64,000 nucleotides of DNA from Octopus vulgaris (taxonomy: Eukaryota), in assembly GCA_951406725.2 (NCBI GenBank), contig OX597840.1, forward strand, positions 18,042,001 to 18,106,000, in the 5' to 3' direction. Positions 24,791-38,689 of this stretch are shown here, piece after piece. The stretch's first letter is position 1; every line of letters begins with the position of its first letter. Both the position numbers and the translations under genes were made by a program. The notes under the pieces are model-generated. The model ran no database searches, was not told the origin of the DNA, and saw only the letters and a program-made list of their open reading frames with translations.

Positions 24791-26587
24791 GAGAGACGAA
24801 ATAGCACTAAGCATTTTGCCCGACGTGCAAACAATTCCGCCAGCTTGCTGCCTTGAAATAAATTATTCTATTCTATTATTCTTTTTCAGGCACAAGCCTG
24901 AAATTTTGGGAGATGGGGGTGAGGCAGTCGATTAGATCAACTCCAGTATGCAACTGGTACATAATTTATCAACCCCAAAATGATGAAAAGCAAAGTTGAC
25001 CTCGGTGGAATTTGAACTCAGAACGTAAAAACAGACGAAATACTGCTAAGCATTTTGCCTGGCGTGCTCACATTTCTTATTTCTTTACTGCCCACAAGGG
25101 GCTATACACAGAGGGGACAAACAAGGACAGACAAACGGATTAAGTCGATTACATTGACCCCAGTGCGTAACTGGTACTTATTTAATTGACCCTGAAAGGA
25201 TGAAAGGCAAAGTCAACCTCGACGGAATTCGAGCTCAGAACGTAGCGGCAGACAAAATACTGCTAAGCATTTCGCCCAGCATACTAACGTTTCTGCCAGC
25301 TCGCCATCTTTCTGCTGCAGCCTAGGGCTAACCAAAGCTTTGTGAGTGAATTTGGTAAACGGAAACTGAAAGAAGCCTATCAAAAAGGCAAAAGCAAAAA
25401 AAAGATTATAAGCCCTGAACATTTTTTCTCCTTAAAGGAAATGTTTCCCTCCCTTCTGCTTCTTAGCAACCGTAGGGGGCAGCATCAACAGTCGCCAGTC
25501 AAATTTCTCACGTATTTACTCTTTTACTTATTTCAGTCTATTGACTGCGGCCATGCTGGAGCACCGTCTTTAGTCAAACAAATTACCCCCAAGACTTATT
25601 CTTTGTAAGCCTAATACTTATTCTTTCGGTCTCTTTTGCCGAACCACTAAGTTACGGGGACGTAAACATGCCAACATCGGTTGTCAAGTGATGGCTGGAG
25701 GACAAACACAAACAAACACACACACACACACACACACAGGTATATACGATGGGCTTCTTTCAGTTTCTGTCAACCAAATCCACTTACAAGGTTTTGGTCA
25801 ACCCAGGGGCTATAGAAGATACTTGCCCAATGTGTCATGCATTGGGACCGAGCCTGGAACCATGTTGTTGGGAAGCATACTCCTTACGACACAGCCACTC
25901 CTGTGCCTATATATATATATATATATATATATGGGTGTGTGTGTGTGTGTATATACTCTTGTTTTTTACTCTTTTACTTGTTCCAGTCTTATTCTTTGGA
26001 AGTCTAGTACTTATTCTATCGGTCCCTTTTGCTGAACTGCTAAGTTACGAGGACGTAAACACACTAGCATCGGTTGTCAAGCGATGTTGGGGGGACAAAC
26101 ACAGATACACACACACATACACATATATACATATTATATACCTATTATATACATTACATTATTCTTGTAATTTACTTAACTTTACTTTTTAATTGTTACT
26201 TTAATTTTAACTTTTCTATTATATGTAATTTTCTAGATGGTGTAATTTAATTATTTATTTTGAATTGATAAAAGGTGGTTTTTTTCTAATATTTTATATA
26301 TTTATTATATTGTGTGGAATTTGATTTAGTATTTCTAAATTGAATTCTTTTTCCTTGTAAGTTTGGATTTTATTCCCTCAAATAATAATTATATATATAC
26401 ATATATACGACAGGCTTCTTTCAGTTTCCGTCTACCAAATCCACTCACAAGACTTTGATAGGCCCGAGGCTATAGAAGAAGACACTTGCCCAAGGTGTCA
26501 TGCAGTGGGAATGAATCCGGAACCATGTGGTTGGTAAGCAAGCTACTTACCACACAGCCACTCCTGCGCCTATAATGTATATGTATG

Positions 26588-26622
<35 letters not shown>

Positions 26623-26904
26623 ATATATATATGTATGTATGTATATATATATATGTATGTATGTATATATATATATTCTTTTTTTTTTTAGATTTTTTTT
26701 TACTTGTTTCAGTCATTGACTGCAGCCATGCTGGAGTACCATCTTGAAAGGGTTTAGTCAAACAAATTGACCCCAAGACCTATTTTTTAAGCCTACTACT
26801 TATGCTATCAGTCTCTTTCTTCCCAAACCACTAAGTTACAGGGATGTAACACCGGTCATCAAGTGGTGATGTAGGGACAAACAGACACACAATGACTCAC
26901 ACAC

Positions 26905-27452
26905 AGAGTAGAACGTCACAACACACAAGCACCGTTGTATGAGTAATTAGCTCTATGAGTCAAGGCTTGTGCAAATGTTTGTCTTGAAGCATGAATAGAA
27001 ATCCACAGAATGAGTGAGTTTCATATAAGCAACCACTATTCGCTGCAGCCTCTGCTCGCTCAGTTCACATGTTTATCTCATTGTGGCAGCATCCCTGTTG
27101 AGTTTTACCCAGTGTTCCTTTTTTAATTTTGTGCATTTTTTGCGGTTGTTTTATAATAATTAGTTGTGCTAGCCATGGCCCCTAAGAAGGTGAGTGCAAA
27201 GGGCAGTGATGAGAAGAAGGAAAAGCTGGTTACGATAGAATTGAAGAAGGAAATCATTGATAAACATGGGAGAGGAGTGTGCGTAGTGGTGGACATTGCA
27301 TGTCAATATGACGGAAGCACGTTGACAATCTGTACCATCCTGAAGAAAAAGGATGAGATCAAAACCATTACAACAGCAAAGTGTGTCTGCAGGAGAGCCT
27401 GCAGACACACTTTGCTCTCCAAGCAATGCACATCTGTCTATAAAGTGATGGA
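26905..27452 (+). mobile_element. Tigger/pogo DNA transposon 5' fragment (CENP-B-type HTH)
   Basis: MAPKK...TIELKKEIIDKHGRGV...DIACQYDGSTLTICTILKKKDEIK is the typical Tigger/TIGD1 N-terminus; truncated by a SINE remnant. Confidence 0.78.
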
Positions 27453-27689
27453 AACTGAAAGAAGCTCATCATGTGTGTGTGTGTCGTTATATATGCTTGT
27501 TGTCCCACAACCACCACCACCACCTGACAACCGGTATTAATTTGATTATGTCCCCGTAATTAGAAGTTCAGCAAAAGGAAGGGATAAAGTAAGTACTGGG
27601 GTCAATTCGTTCAGCTAAAAGTCTGTGAGGCAGTGCTCTAGCATGGCCACATTCTATTGACTAAAACAAATAAATGATAATATATATAT

Positions 27690-28142
27690 AGGCGTTCTTA
27701 TACAATAGCGTCAGAAATTATCCAAAACACCAAAAATTAGTTTCTTTGGATATGCATGTTTTTTAACATCGTAAATTACGACCCTGAAAACAAAACATTT
27801 TTTTTTTAATTGATATCTTACCCTACCCCTTCCTCACCAAACTTTTTGGTAAATTTCTGTAATTTTTCAATTTTGAGTGATTTCCGAAAAAAGTTTTTAT
27901 TCAGATGTGTTATAAACATCTTCAAAATCATAAGTCTGTAAAAATACATTATACGGGAGATAAAGGAAAATCAAAGTGTGAAAACTTAGTGTGGTAGGTG
28001 AAAATCACTCACACCTTTCATTTATTTATCTATTTATTTATTGCAGAGTCGTAATCTATTCTGCTTGAAATATATTAGAAACAAAGAAATTACAGATTTC
28101 GCTACAGCTGATAAATCAGACGCTATTCTCCCGGAATGTCTT
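27690..28142. mobile_element. Possible MITE with degenerate TIRs
   Basis: The ends share aatagcgtc.ga..tta in inverted orientation; AT-rich non-coding interior. Confidence 0.4.
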
Positions 28143-28225
28143 TAAATTCTTTTTTGTGTATATGTGTGTGTGAGAGAGGGGGGGACAGAAAGAAAGAAAC
28201 AAAGAAAGAAAGGAGGATATACAAT

Positions 28226-28258
<33 letters not shown>

Positions 28259-28333
28259 TGTCACGATCAGTCTCGATAATTTTGAGCGTGCGTGTGTGTT
28301 TTATGTCTAGTTATAATAATAATAAATTCACTA

Positions 28334-28736
28334 TGAGTGGCTGTGTGATAAGTAGCTTGCTTACCAACCACATGGTTCTGGGTTCAGTCCCACTGCGTGG
28401 CACCTTGGGCAGGAGTCTTCTACTATAGCCTTGGGCCGACCAAAGCCTTGTGAGTGGAATCTGGTGAAAGAAGCCCGTCGTATATATGTGTATGTATATA
28501 TATATACGTATGTGTGTGTGTGTGTGTGTATCAGTTTGTCCCCTCCTCCACTATCGCTTGACAACCGATGCTGGTGTGTTTACGTCCCTGTAACTTAGCG
28601 GTTCGGCAAAAGAGACCGATAGAATAAGTACTAGGCTTACAAAGAATAAGTCCTGGGGTCGATTTGCTCGACTAAAGGCGGTGCTCCAGCATGGCCGCCG
28701 TCAAATGACTAAAACAAGTAAAAGAGTAAAAGAGAG
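28334..28736 (+). mobile_element. SINE family A copy
   Basis: Matches the consensus; tail-to-tail with the 29178-29580 copy. Confidence 0.85.
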
Positions 28737-29177
28737 TATACAGTGAAAAAGTTACTCGATCCCTTTTTCGTGTGATTTAGAGAAGTCCGATGGACAGCAG
28801 GTTGGTTTTTTGAAGGCACTGTCACCCGCTCAACTGGCAAAAATATAATACGGGGAATCTTTCGGCTTTAGCAGTAGATGCCATACTAAATATATATGTA
28901 TGTATGAACGTACGAATACACACACACACACACAGGTGTGAGCACATGAATGTTTTCATCACAACTGTCCGACGAATGGAAATGAGAAACTGAGTAACAG
29001 GTTCTGTGATAATTATGCTGTTTTAATAAAAAGTATGTTTGTGTACGAAAGGGTACCGCAGAGTTCCTGCTTTGGGTAAAAGAAAACACAGCAGGATCGG
29101 TTAATTATGATTTTATTCATCATATTCCCTTCTCAGATTCACACACTTGTTGCAGTAGTCCTTCAGTTTTTTCTAAG

Positions 29178-29580
29178 CTTTACTCTTTTACTTGTTTCAG
29201 TCATTTGACTGCGGCCATGCTGGAGCACCGCCTTTAGTCGAACAAATCGACCCCGGGACTTATTCTTTGTAAGCCTAGTACTTATTCTATCGGTCTCTTT
29301 TTGCCGAACCGCTAAGTAACGGGGACGTAAACACACCAGCATCGGTTGTCAAGCGATGTTGGGGAGACAAACACAGATACACAAACATATGTACACACAT
29401 ATATATACATATATACGACAGGCTTCTTTCAGTTTCCGTCTACCAGATCCACTCACAAGGCTTTGTGTGGCCCAAGGCTATAGTAGAAGGCACTTGCCCA
29501 AGGTGCCACGCAGTGGGACTGAACCCGAAACCATGTGGTTCGTAAGCAAGCTACTTACCACACAGCCTGTCCTACGCCTA
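29178..29580 (-). mobile_element. SINE family A copy
   Basis: Reverse-complement full-length copy. Confidence 0.85.
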
Positions 29581-30073
29581 TGTAAACCTTGTAAAAGATC
29601 TCGGAAGGTTGGGCCTCCAGCCGTATATATCATGTGGTCTTGGTTTCAGTCCCATTACGCAGCACCTCTAGGCCGGCTAAAACTAAAGATTTAATAGAAG
29701 GAAACTGAAAGAAACCCATCGTCTATGTGTGTGTGTGTGTGTATTGAGTTTGTCCACTACAAACTCTTGGCAACCGATGCTTGTTTGTTTCCGTTTCTGT
29801 AAACTAGCGGTTCGGCAAAAGGAATCCGAAAGAAGAATTGGCGCTAAAAAAATCTCTCAAGTGGTACTACTGCATGGTTGTAATCCAATGACTAAAATAA
29901 AATATATACATACATATACATACACGTATACACACACTGTGCTTAAATATAAACATATATACATCGGGTTCAATCTCACTGCATGGTACCTTGGACAAGT
30001 ATCTTCTCCTATAGCCTCGGGACGACCAAAACCTTGTGAGGCGATTTGGTAGACGGAAACTGGAAGAAGCCCG

Positions 30074-30121
<48 letters not shown>

Positions 30122-30297
30122 ATTATTATTATTAATAATAATAATAATGATAATAATATGACAACAAAAGAATGAATGAGACCTCGATATTATGTAAAAT
30201 AGAGGAATTTATCTATAAATAACTGATGAGATGACAGACCAGACTTTAGCCCAGGTATGCGAAACTCTGAGTTTAATTATGACAACTAACTAATTGT

Positions 30298-30330
<33 letters not shown>

Positions 30331-30632
30331 TAATGGGGAAGGCCGGTTTATGGAATTACCCTGGGTTTTTTGTCCAGAAAGGGTTTAGCTGTATGGCGTA
30401 TCTTCAGGCCCCAACACCTAAGACCTCCAGGGTAATCCCTTAAAAATATACTTTCTCATCTAAAATATACACTGCTCTTACATCTTAGAGTGTGCTTCTT
30501 CTCCGGAACCTAACGGTATATCTTTTTACTCCTCTAACGAGATTTTACCCAATAAAATGTTTTAATTACTGGAATTTAATTATTTGGGGCAAAATCGAAA
30601 CACCTGTAAGAGAACATGTTGAATTTTTGCAG

Positions 30633-31050
30633 TGGAGTGGCTGTGTGGTAAGTAGCTTGCTAACCAACCACATGGTTCCGGGTTCAGTCCCACTGCGTGG
30701 CGCCTTGGGCAAGTGTCTTCTGCTATAGCCCCGGGCCGACCAAAGCCTTGTGAGTGGATTTGGTAGACGGAAACTGAAAGAAGCCCGTCGTATATATGTA
30801 TATATATATATGTGTGTGTGTGTGCGTGTTTGTGTGAGTGTGTTTGTCCCCCCTAGCATTGCTTGACAACCGATGCTGGTATGTTTATGTCCCCGTTACT
30901 TAGCGGTTCGGCAAAAGAGAGCGATAGAATAAGTACTGGGCTTACAAAAGAATAAGTCCCGGGGTCGAGTTGCTCGATTAAAGGCGGTGCTCCAGCATGG
31001 CCGCAGTCAAATGACTGAAACAAGTAAAAGAATAAAAGAGTAAAAAGAGA
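30633..31050 (+). mobile_element. SINE family A copy (close to consensus)
   Basis: Full length, retains many CpGs. Confidence 0.85.
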
Positions 31051-31770
31051 ATATAGTAAAATAAATACCTAAGAATTTTCCATCAGTTACCAAGAGTGAT
31101 GCTGTCAAGTGTAATAAGCATTTGGTCGTTCCTTAATCAGCTGGAATCGTGGTGGCTGCATTATTAAAGACTATTTCACATAATCAGAGACTTGTGTTGT
31201 CGGGTCGGGTTTTATAGTCGTTTTACTATGTGACTGAATTCGCTGTTCTCTCTCTCGCACTTTGATAACATTTGAATGGAGCGGATTTTATCTGCTCCTT
31301 TCTCTTCCTCCACCCCAGGAATACACACACACACACTAACACTACCACCACCTCCTCTCTCTCTCTCTCTCTCTCTCTCTACCCATCTCTCTCTCTCTCT
31401 TTCCCTTCTCTCTCTCCCTTCTCCTATATCTCTCTCTCTTTCCCGCCTCTCTCTCCCTCTCTCCCTACCCATCTCTCTCTCTCTCTTTCCCTCCTCTCTC
31501 TCCCTTCCCCTACCTCTCTCTCTTTCCCTCCTCTCTCTCTCCCTACCCATCTCTGTCTCTTTCCCTCCTCTCTCTCTCCTTCCCCTCTATCTCCCTTTCC
31601 CTATCTCTCTCTTTCTCTCTCTTTATATACATAATATATAAACACGTAGTAGCGCTCAAATGTACATAAAAAATTCAAGCGTGTATACACACACACATAC
31701 ACACATACACACACGTACACACACACACGCACACACACATGCACACACACACACACACGCACACACACAT

Positions 31771-31827
<57 letters not shown>

Positions 31828-32474
31828 CACACAGAGGCGGAAATCTGGTTTAGCACCCCATATAACCCCTCATAACTTTTTTTATTTTGGGAAATTTGCG
31901 AATTTGTGTTCTACAAACGGAAATTCCTACCATTATGAAAGAAAAAAATATAATACATGTATGTTTGTTTTCAAGTTTTCTCCTCTTCTACTTCCGCCTT
32001 CTCCTCCCTATCTCTATGTATATATATGTGTGTGTATACATCCGTGCATACATACATATGCACACACACACACACACACACACACGCACATATACATACA
32101 TACATACATACATATCAATGATTTTTTTCTGTCTCTTATCGTGCTTTCTCCTTCTTTCCCTTTTCTCCTCCTCTCCTCTCTCTCTTTTCTCTCCTTCCCT
32201 GTCACCCTTCCTTTCTCTCTCTCTCTCTCTCTCTCAACTATTAAACAAGGGTTTTACTATTTCCCATGAAAGAATTATTAATTGTATCTTTTCTTTTCTT
32301 TTCTTTTTTACTTGGAATTTTGTAGAATTTCATTAACTTTCTCAAACAGACAGACAGATAGATAGATAGATAGATATCGTCGTCGTCGTCACCGTGGTTT
32401 TCATCATCATCGTCATCATCATCATCATTTGCTCACAACATCATAAGCAGAAAGTGTAACCTCTCGAAAGAGCT

Positions 32475-32700
32475 CGGCTGTGGGGTCACTCCTCTATCTG
32501 CGACGATTTCATCTCAATCGAAGGAGAGGGGCTTTCTCCGTCCGGGTTGCAGATCCATGGAATAAGCTGCCGGACAAGATAGTGAAGATGCCGACGACTA
32601 CTCGGTTCAAAGTCTCCCTTGACCAGAAATGGCCTGAACTCTTTGCATGAACACCACCCTGTACATAACTCCATGTCCCCCTACATGGCCTTGCTTTTTG
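32475..32700 (+). mobile_element. CR1/L2-group LINE ORF2 C-terminus and 3' UTR
   Basis: RLWGHS/(frameshift)LYLRRFHLNRRRGAFSVRVADPWNKLPDKIVKMPTTTRFKVSLDQKWPELFA* (stop at 32648-32650) has the RGH...FSxRV..WNxLP...FK..LD signature. Not present in the ORF track. Confidence 0.8.
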
Positions 32701-32959
32701 TTTTTTGAGCCAAAAAATTAACTTAGCTTAACTAACATTCGTTTCCCAAGCTGGCATGGGTTGGACGGTTTCACAAGGAGCTCGCAAGTTGGAGAGCTAC
32801 ACCAGGTTCCAGTTGTCTGTTTTGGCCATGGCTTCTATGGCTGAATCCCCTTCCTAACGCCAACCAATTTACAGAGTGTACTGGGTGCTTTTTATGTGGC
32901 AGTATGGCAGCCTTTTATATACATACACATATACACACACACATACATATACATACACA

Positions 32960-33003
<44 letters not shown>

Positions 33004-33378
33004 ATCCGTTCTGTCTGAGTGTGTGTGTGTTTCTAGGATCAAATTTTATATGTCGATACCGACGGTATCAGGGCGTGTATAAGTCTTGAAAAAATTACAA
33101 AAATTGATTCCAGATGAGAATGCAATCGATAAAGCCGTGGGAACATGCATTTGTACGCACAAGAAAATCAGCTGTTGCGATCGATACTATGCATATGCAA
33201 GAAAAATGCATGTGCAGTTTGTGCAAAAAAAGCCAGCTGGCTCGAAATAATGCCACAAAATGGGACGGGCGAACAAGTTGTTTTGAGAAAATTTGGTTTA
33301 AATGTTTGACAATTCAGCACCATCCATTGGACGTGGGAGCATTTTACTTGTATATATATATATATATATATATATAAA

Positions 33379-33658
33379 CAGTTGCAGCATAGAAGGTGTT
33401 TATAAGCCATTTAAGAAACACACAAAACCGTTAGATTCAGTTCAACATTTAAGTTTAATTTGTCAAAATATTTTCGTCGCTTTGAGACCGCGACCTGTTC
33501 ACTGACAATGCTTCGTGCTGCATCTCTTTGTCAGTGAACAGGTCGCGGTCTCAAAGCGACGAAAATATTTTGACAAATTAAATTTAAATGTTGAACTGAA
33601 TCTAACGGTTTTTGTGCGATTCTTAAATGACTTATAACCACCTTCCACACTGCAATTG
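33379..33658. repeat. Long foldback inverted repeat (arms ~130 bp, 19-nt spacer)
   Basis: 33379-33508 is the reverse complement of 33528-33658 with few mismatches. Confidence 0.92.
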
Positions 33659-34195
33659 CTTTCGTTCCAGCACACGGTCTCAGATCAGGTCACTCGCTAT
33701 GCAAGTACATCTCCGTAAATATATATATATATATCTGAACATGGTGGATGCCAGTGACCTCTGACTGGCTCTCGTGCCAGTGGCATGTAAAAAGTACCAT
33801 CCAAACATGGCTTTAATTTTAGTGTTTATCCGTAATGTTATTGCTTTTACCCCTGTTATTTAAATTTACCTGCCCATAAAAGTCAAATTTGCATTTGTGT
33901 AACATTCTCCGTTTTCCTTCCATCCTTGTTTTCATATACATTCACTGCTTTCTTCCAAGGAATCTAATGCTCTTAGCTTAGTTTTTCCTTGGGGCTGGCC
34001 AGATTGGAGCAATCGCGAGTATAACCAGTTGAAATTGCAAAGATAATCTGGAACTCGACTGAGGAAAGAAAACTCTGAATGACCCATCCTTGTTGTCTTT
34101 ATATTCTCTATCTGGATGTTTTGTTGTCCCATTTTTGTATCACCTAACCGTCTGGATGTTTTGCGTTCTTGTCCCATTTTTTATTTTATACATAT

Positions 34196-34250
<55 letters not shown>

Positions 34251-34918
34251 AAACATTGATCATAGAACAAACATTAAATTCGAGTCAGCGACTTCAAATA
34301 ACACCACACCTCCAAACAATTGATCTTACATAAATGTTACCATGGCCTTTAACATATAAAGAATACATATGTAAAACACAGTAGGTAAGAAATATATATG
34401 CAAATAAAAGTACAGATATATAGAACAGAAAGAAGGTATATACAATCGACTAAAAATTCTAAAGCATGTCATGCAAATTTGATGTTTGTTCTCTGATCAA
34501 TGTTTTTATCTCTGTCTCAATTACATTTGAGCATTTCTTTTTTGCAGTCTTATAAGCCCTGTCTCCATAAAAAGAGGCAGAAATGATTTCTTGTTGTATA
34601 TATATATATATATCACCGTGATCACTGTGACTGACCAGGCTATCAGATGTTGCTACACATCGCTGGTCACAATGCGCTTCTCATTGTTTTAGCCTTCAAA
34701 ATGACACCACCCCACTGGCTAAGCGAGCAGGCCAACAGAAGAAAGAGTGAGAGAAAGTTGTGCCGAAAGAGTACAGCAGGGATCGCCACCACCCCCTGTA
34801 GGAGCCTTATGGAGCTTATGTTTTCGCTCAATAAACACTCACAACACCCGGTCTGGGAATCGAAACCGCGATCCTACAACTGCGAATCTGCTGCCCTAAC
34901 CACTGGGCCTTTGTGCCT

Positions 34919-35019
<101 letters not shown>

Positions 35020-35366
35020 AGTAGCTAGTTTTATATATATATACATGTATATATATATATGCAATACAAATGTATTACTTTCCAGTAAAATAAAGCCCCT
35101 TAAGGGTAGAATTATATATATAAAAATAGATAAATGGTACACCAATTATCGATATCGATTGCTATTTCCCAGTAAATATTGGTGCCTTGTACCATTTATC
35201 TATTTTTACATGTATATATATATATATATGTATATTCCAAATTTGTGTGAATAAAGTTAAAACATGAGGTCTGGTTTTCATGTTTCCATGTTTCTCTTGA
35301 CATAACTTTTAGAAAAAATTTTTTTTTTCCAATTAAATATAAGACTTATAAGGGCAGATTTTTCTA

Positions 35367-35932
35367 TTGGGTTGTCTGGAAAGTTTGGGCCGATTTATAG
35401 TAGCTTACCTTTCGATTTATTTTAGAACGTGGTTGAGTCCATAAAATAGGATTTGACTACACCTCCATTTAGAGCAGAGTTTAAGCTATCTTTTCGTGGA
35501 AGAAGATTTATGTTCCTATAACCTGTGTTAATTCTGTAACCCTTTAAAATGGAAGATAAGAAAGTTCATTTTCGGTACTTGATGCTTTGGGAACCAGACA
35601 AAAATTGCTGCAGCTTGGCTGAGATGTGTTACCCTACCCTCCATATTCACCAGATATTGCTCCTTCGGATTTCCACTTATTCAGGTCTCTGCAGAATAGT
35701 CTTAATGGTAAAAATTTCAATTCCTTGAATGACGAAAAAAGATACCTTGATGTATTCTTTGCCATGAAACCACCTCAATTCTGGGAAGAGAGTATTTTCA
35801 AGTTAAAGGAAAGATGGAGACGCATTGTGCAACAAAATGGTTCATATTTGGTTGATTAAAAATGTAATGGCAAGTATTTATTGACCTTTTTCTTTTCTTG
35901 AAAAATCGGCACAAACTTTCCGGACAACCCAA
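35367..35932 (+). mobile_element. Internally deleted mariner element, second copy
   Basis: TA TSD; same TIRs and same internal deletion as 14319-14883. Confidence 0.92.
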
Positions 35933-36115
35933 TAGTTTTAAAATGTTTGGTCTGATGATATTATGCCTCAGTGGAAATCTAGTTGTTCCACAAAACTGGA
36001 CCCACGAATTTGCGTATTGTATGTGCTTATATATATATATATATATATATATATAAGTAATAGAAATATTAAAATTACTAAGTCTCTCTTAAGGAGATTA
36101 CGGCAGCGTTACTGG

Positions 36116-36450
36116 ATATTAATAGTTATCGCCATACTAATATGGCAGTCTAAATATAAGACTAAAGCTGTCACTGATTAGCTCCAAGAGGCCACCGCCT
36201 CTAGCTAGCTATTTGACACACAAACCTGCATCCATTACAACCTTCAAACAGGGGAGGTCAGCCGCTTCACCTTGCTAGTCAGACATCTGCAGACATGTTT
36301 CAGGGTTGTTGCCCTGTTCGAAGGTTTATAATGGACGCAGGTTCGTGTGTCAAATAGCTAGCTTGAGGCGGTGGCCTCTTGGAGCTAATCAGCGAAAGCT
36401 TTAGTCTTATTTATAGACTGCCATATAAGTATGGCGATAACTATTAATAT
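36116..36450. repeat. Long foldback inverted repeat (arms ~138 bp, ~58-nt spacer)
   Basis: atattaatagttatcgccatac...caaacaggg is the reverse complement of ccctgttcg...gtatggcgataactattaatat. Confidence 0.92.
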
Positions 36451-38449
36451 ATATAAGTAGCTATTTAGAAAATCTCAATAAGAGATGAAAGTAGTAACTA
36501 TACTAAGAAATAATATTTATCACCCCATCAGCTGTTCGATGTTACTGATATTTCATCCCCAGGTAGGTCCTTCGCTTGCTGGTCACTGGTGCAACCTGCA
36601 TCTTGCACAGATTGCAAGCAGGGGAGTGAACCCCTGCCATCCTGTTATGTCTTGCTCCACACTGATATGTCATGCATTATAACGACATACTTTGTCATCT
36701 GCGTGATTGGCCTGAACAGCATACCTCCCCGACTGATACCTATTTCTTTACTGCCCACAGGGGGCTGCACAGAGAGAGGACAAACAAGGACAGACAAATG
36801 GATTAAGTCGATTACATTGACCCCAGTGCGCAACTGGTACTTATTTAATCGACCCCCCGAAAGGATGAAAGGCAAAGTCAACCTCGGTGGAATTTGAACT
36901 CAGAACATAACAGCAGACGAAATACTGCTAGGCATTTCGCCCAGCATGCTAACGGTTCTGCCAGCTCGCCGACTGATACCATTTTTTGTGTCAGTCCACT
37001 ATTTATTTGTAGTGGAACAGCCCACTTCTCTCACTGAGGGGTGTTCTCCACAACACGTCCCCTTTGAGATTTTTTTTATTCACACACCATTATATTCCCT
37101 TTTTTTTTCTTTCTAATATTTATTATTTCTTCACACAGCATTATTGTTTTTTTTTTTCATATTCCATTTCTTTTTCTTCCACACACAGAATTTTTTCTCC
37201 AAACTGCCCCAGCTAGTACCGGCTCTACATTCTTACCAGCAGTGCTACAAACACATAGCAACCTGACTGAAATCCTTCAAAAGGCTTGTGTTATTATTAT
37301 TTTTTCTTTTATTTTTGTTTTTGTTCTTCACAAAGCATTATTATACATATATTTTTTTTTCATATTCCTTTTTCTTTCTGTGTCCCACTATTGTGAAGTG
37401 TGTGAAATTAAAATCCTTGACCTCCTAACATCTCTAGTCACCCTATATCTACCAATTTTTAATCTATATTAGTAATGTTCTTTAATATTAACATAAATTC
37501 ATTTAAAGGAATTGTATACAAGTCAAATTCAATATTTATAAAATCTGAATATTCGTATCTTTAATATCATTGATGTCCTAATGCTTTAATTGTGAGAAGT
37601 GCGTTAATAAATTCATCTAGAAGATATAATTTTAGGGATGGTCGTGCAAGGAAAAGTAAGCCAATTCCCTAACCTATTTCTTTACTAGCCGCAAGATGCT
37701 ACACACAGAGGAGACAAACAAGGACAGACAGACCAATTAAGTCGATTATATTTACCTCAGTTCATAACTGGTACTTAATTTATCGACCCCGAAAGGATGA
37801 AAGGCAAAGTCGACCTCGGCGGAATTTGAACTCTGAACATAATGGGAGACGAAATACCATTAAGCATTTCGCCCGGTGTGCTAACGTTTCTGCCAGCTCG
37901 CCGCCTAACCACTAAACCACACGCCGTCACCTTACACACAAACACACACACACACACAAACACATACACATACACAAACTGGGGATGATTTATAGAACAA
38001 AAATTCTTCAAAGCAGTGCCCCAGCCTGGCCCCAGTCTAACAACTGAAACAACTAAAAGGAAAGGAAAGTGTCACATAACTGGTACATATGCTGGTGGCA
38101 CATAAAAAGCACTTTCAAGTGTTGGGCCTCACTGGGGCACTGACAAATGACCGAGACCTTTGCCAACATTCTGCGCTTGAGAGGAAGACCCATCAAGTCA
38201 AGATAAAATCATAGATGTGGCAGATACTGGTGTCACACAACTGGCAAAAAGCACTCATTACGCTCTTGGAGTGGTGGGCATTAGGAAGGGCATCCAGCCA
38301 TAGAAACCATGCCAAATCAGTCTGGTGCAACCCCTCAGCCTGCCAGTCCTGGTCAAACTGTCCAACCCATGCCAGCATGGACAACAGACGTTAATTGTTG
38401 ATGATAATGATGATGATGACTTATATATCTATGTCTATATATCTTTATT

Positions 38450-38602
38450 TTCTCTCTTTATTTTCTCTCCTTGTTTCTTTCTGTGGAAGAGCAGAGGCTC
38501 GAAACGTTAAAGACTTTTTCACTTCCCGAGCGTTATACTAATACATCTGTTTGTTGTCTTCACCACCTGTCTTCGTCTTCTGTTTTTTTGTGAATTCTCC
38601 CT
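38450..38602 (+). mobile_element. Short repeat with hammerhead-like motif (variant core CTGTGGA)
   Basis: tcttt-CTGTGGA-a-GAGC-agag-GCTC-GAAACGTT-aaaga at 38476-38513. Relatives at ~22310-22478 and ~51930-52080. Confidence 0.6.
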
Positions 38603-38689
38603 ATATCTATAAATATCTGTATCTATATATATAGAGAGATATATATATATGATACAGATAAGGAAATAATTTATTTCTAAAAGCAGAAT

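Noticed and set aside
28085-28142. Possible minus-strand hammerhead (CCGGAGA...GAAATCTGTA)
   Set aside because: Two core mismatches, and better explained as the terminal inverted repeat of the 27690-28142 element.
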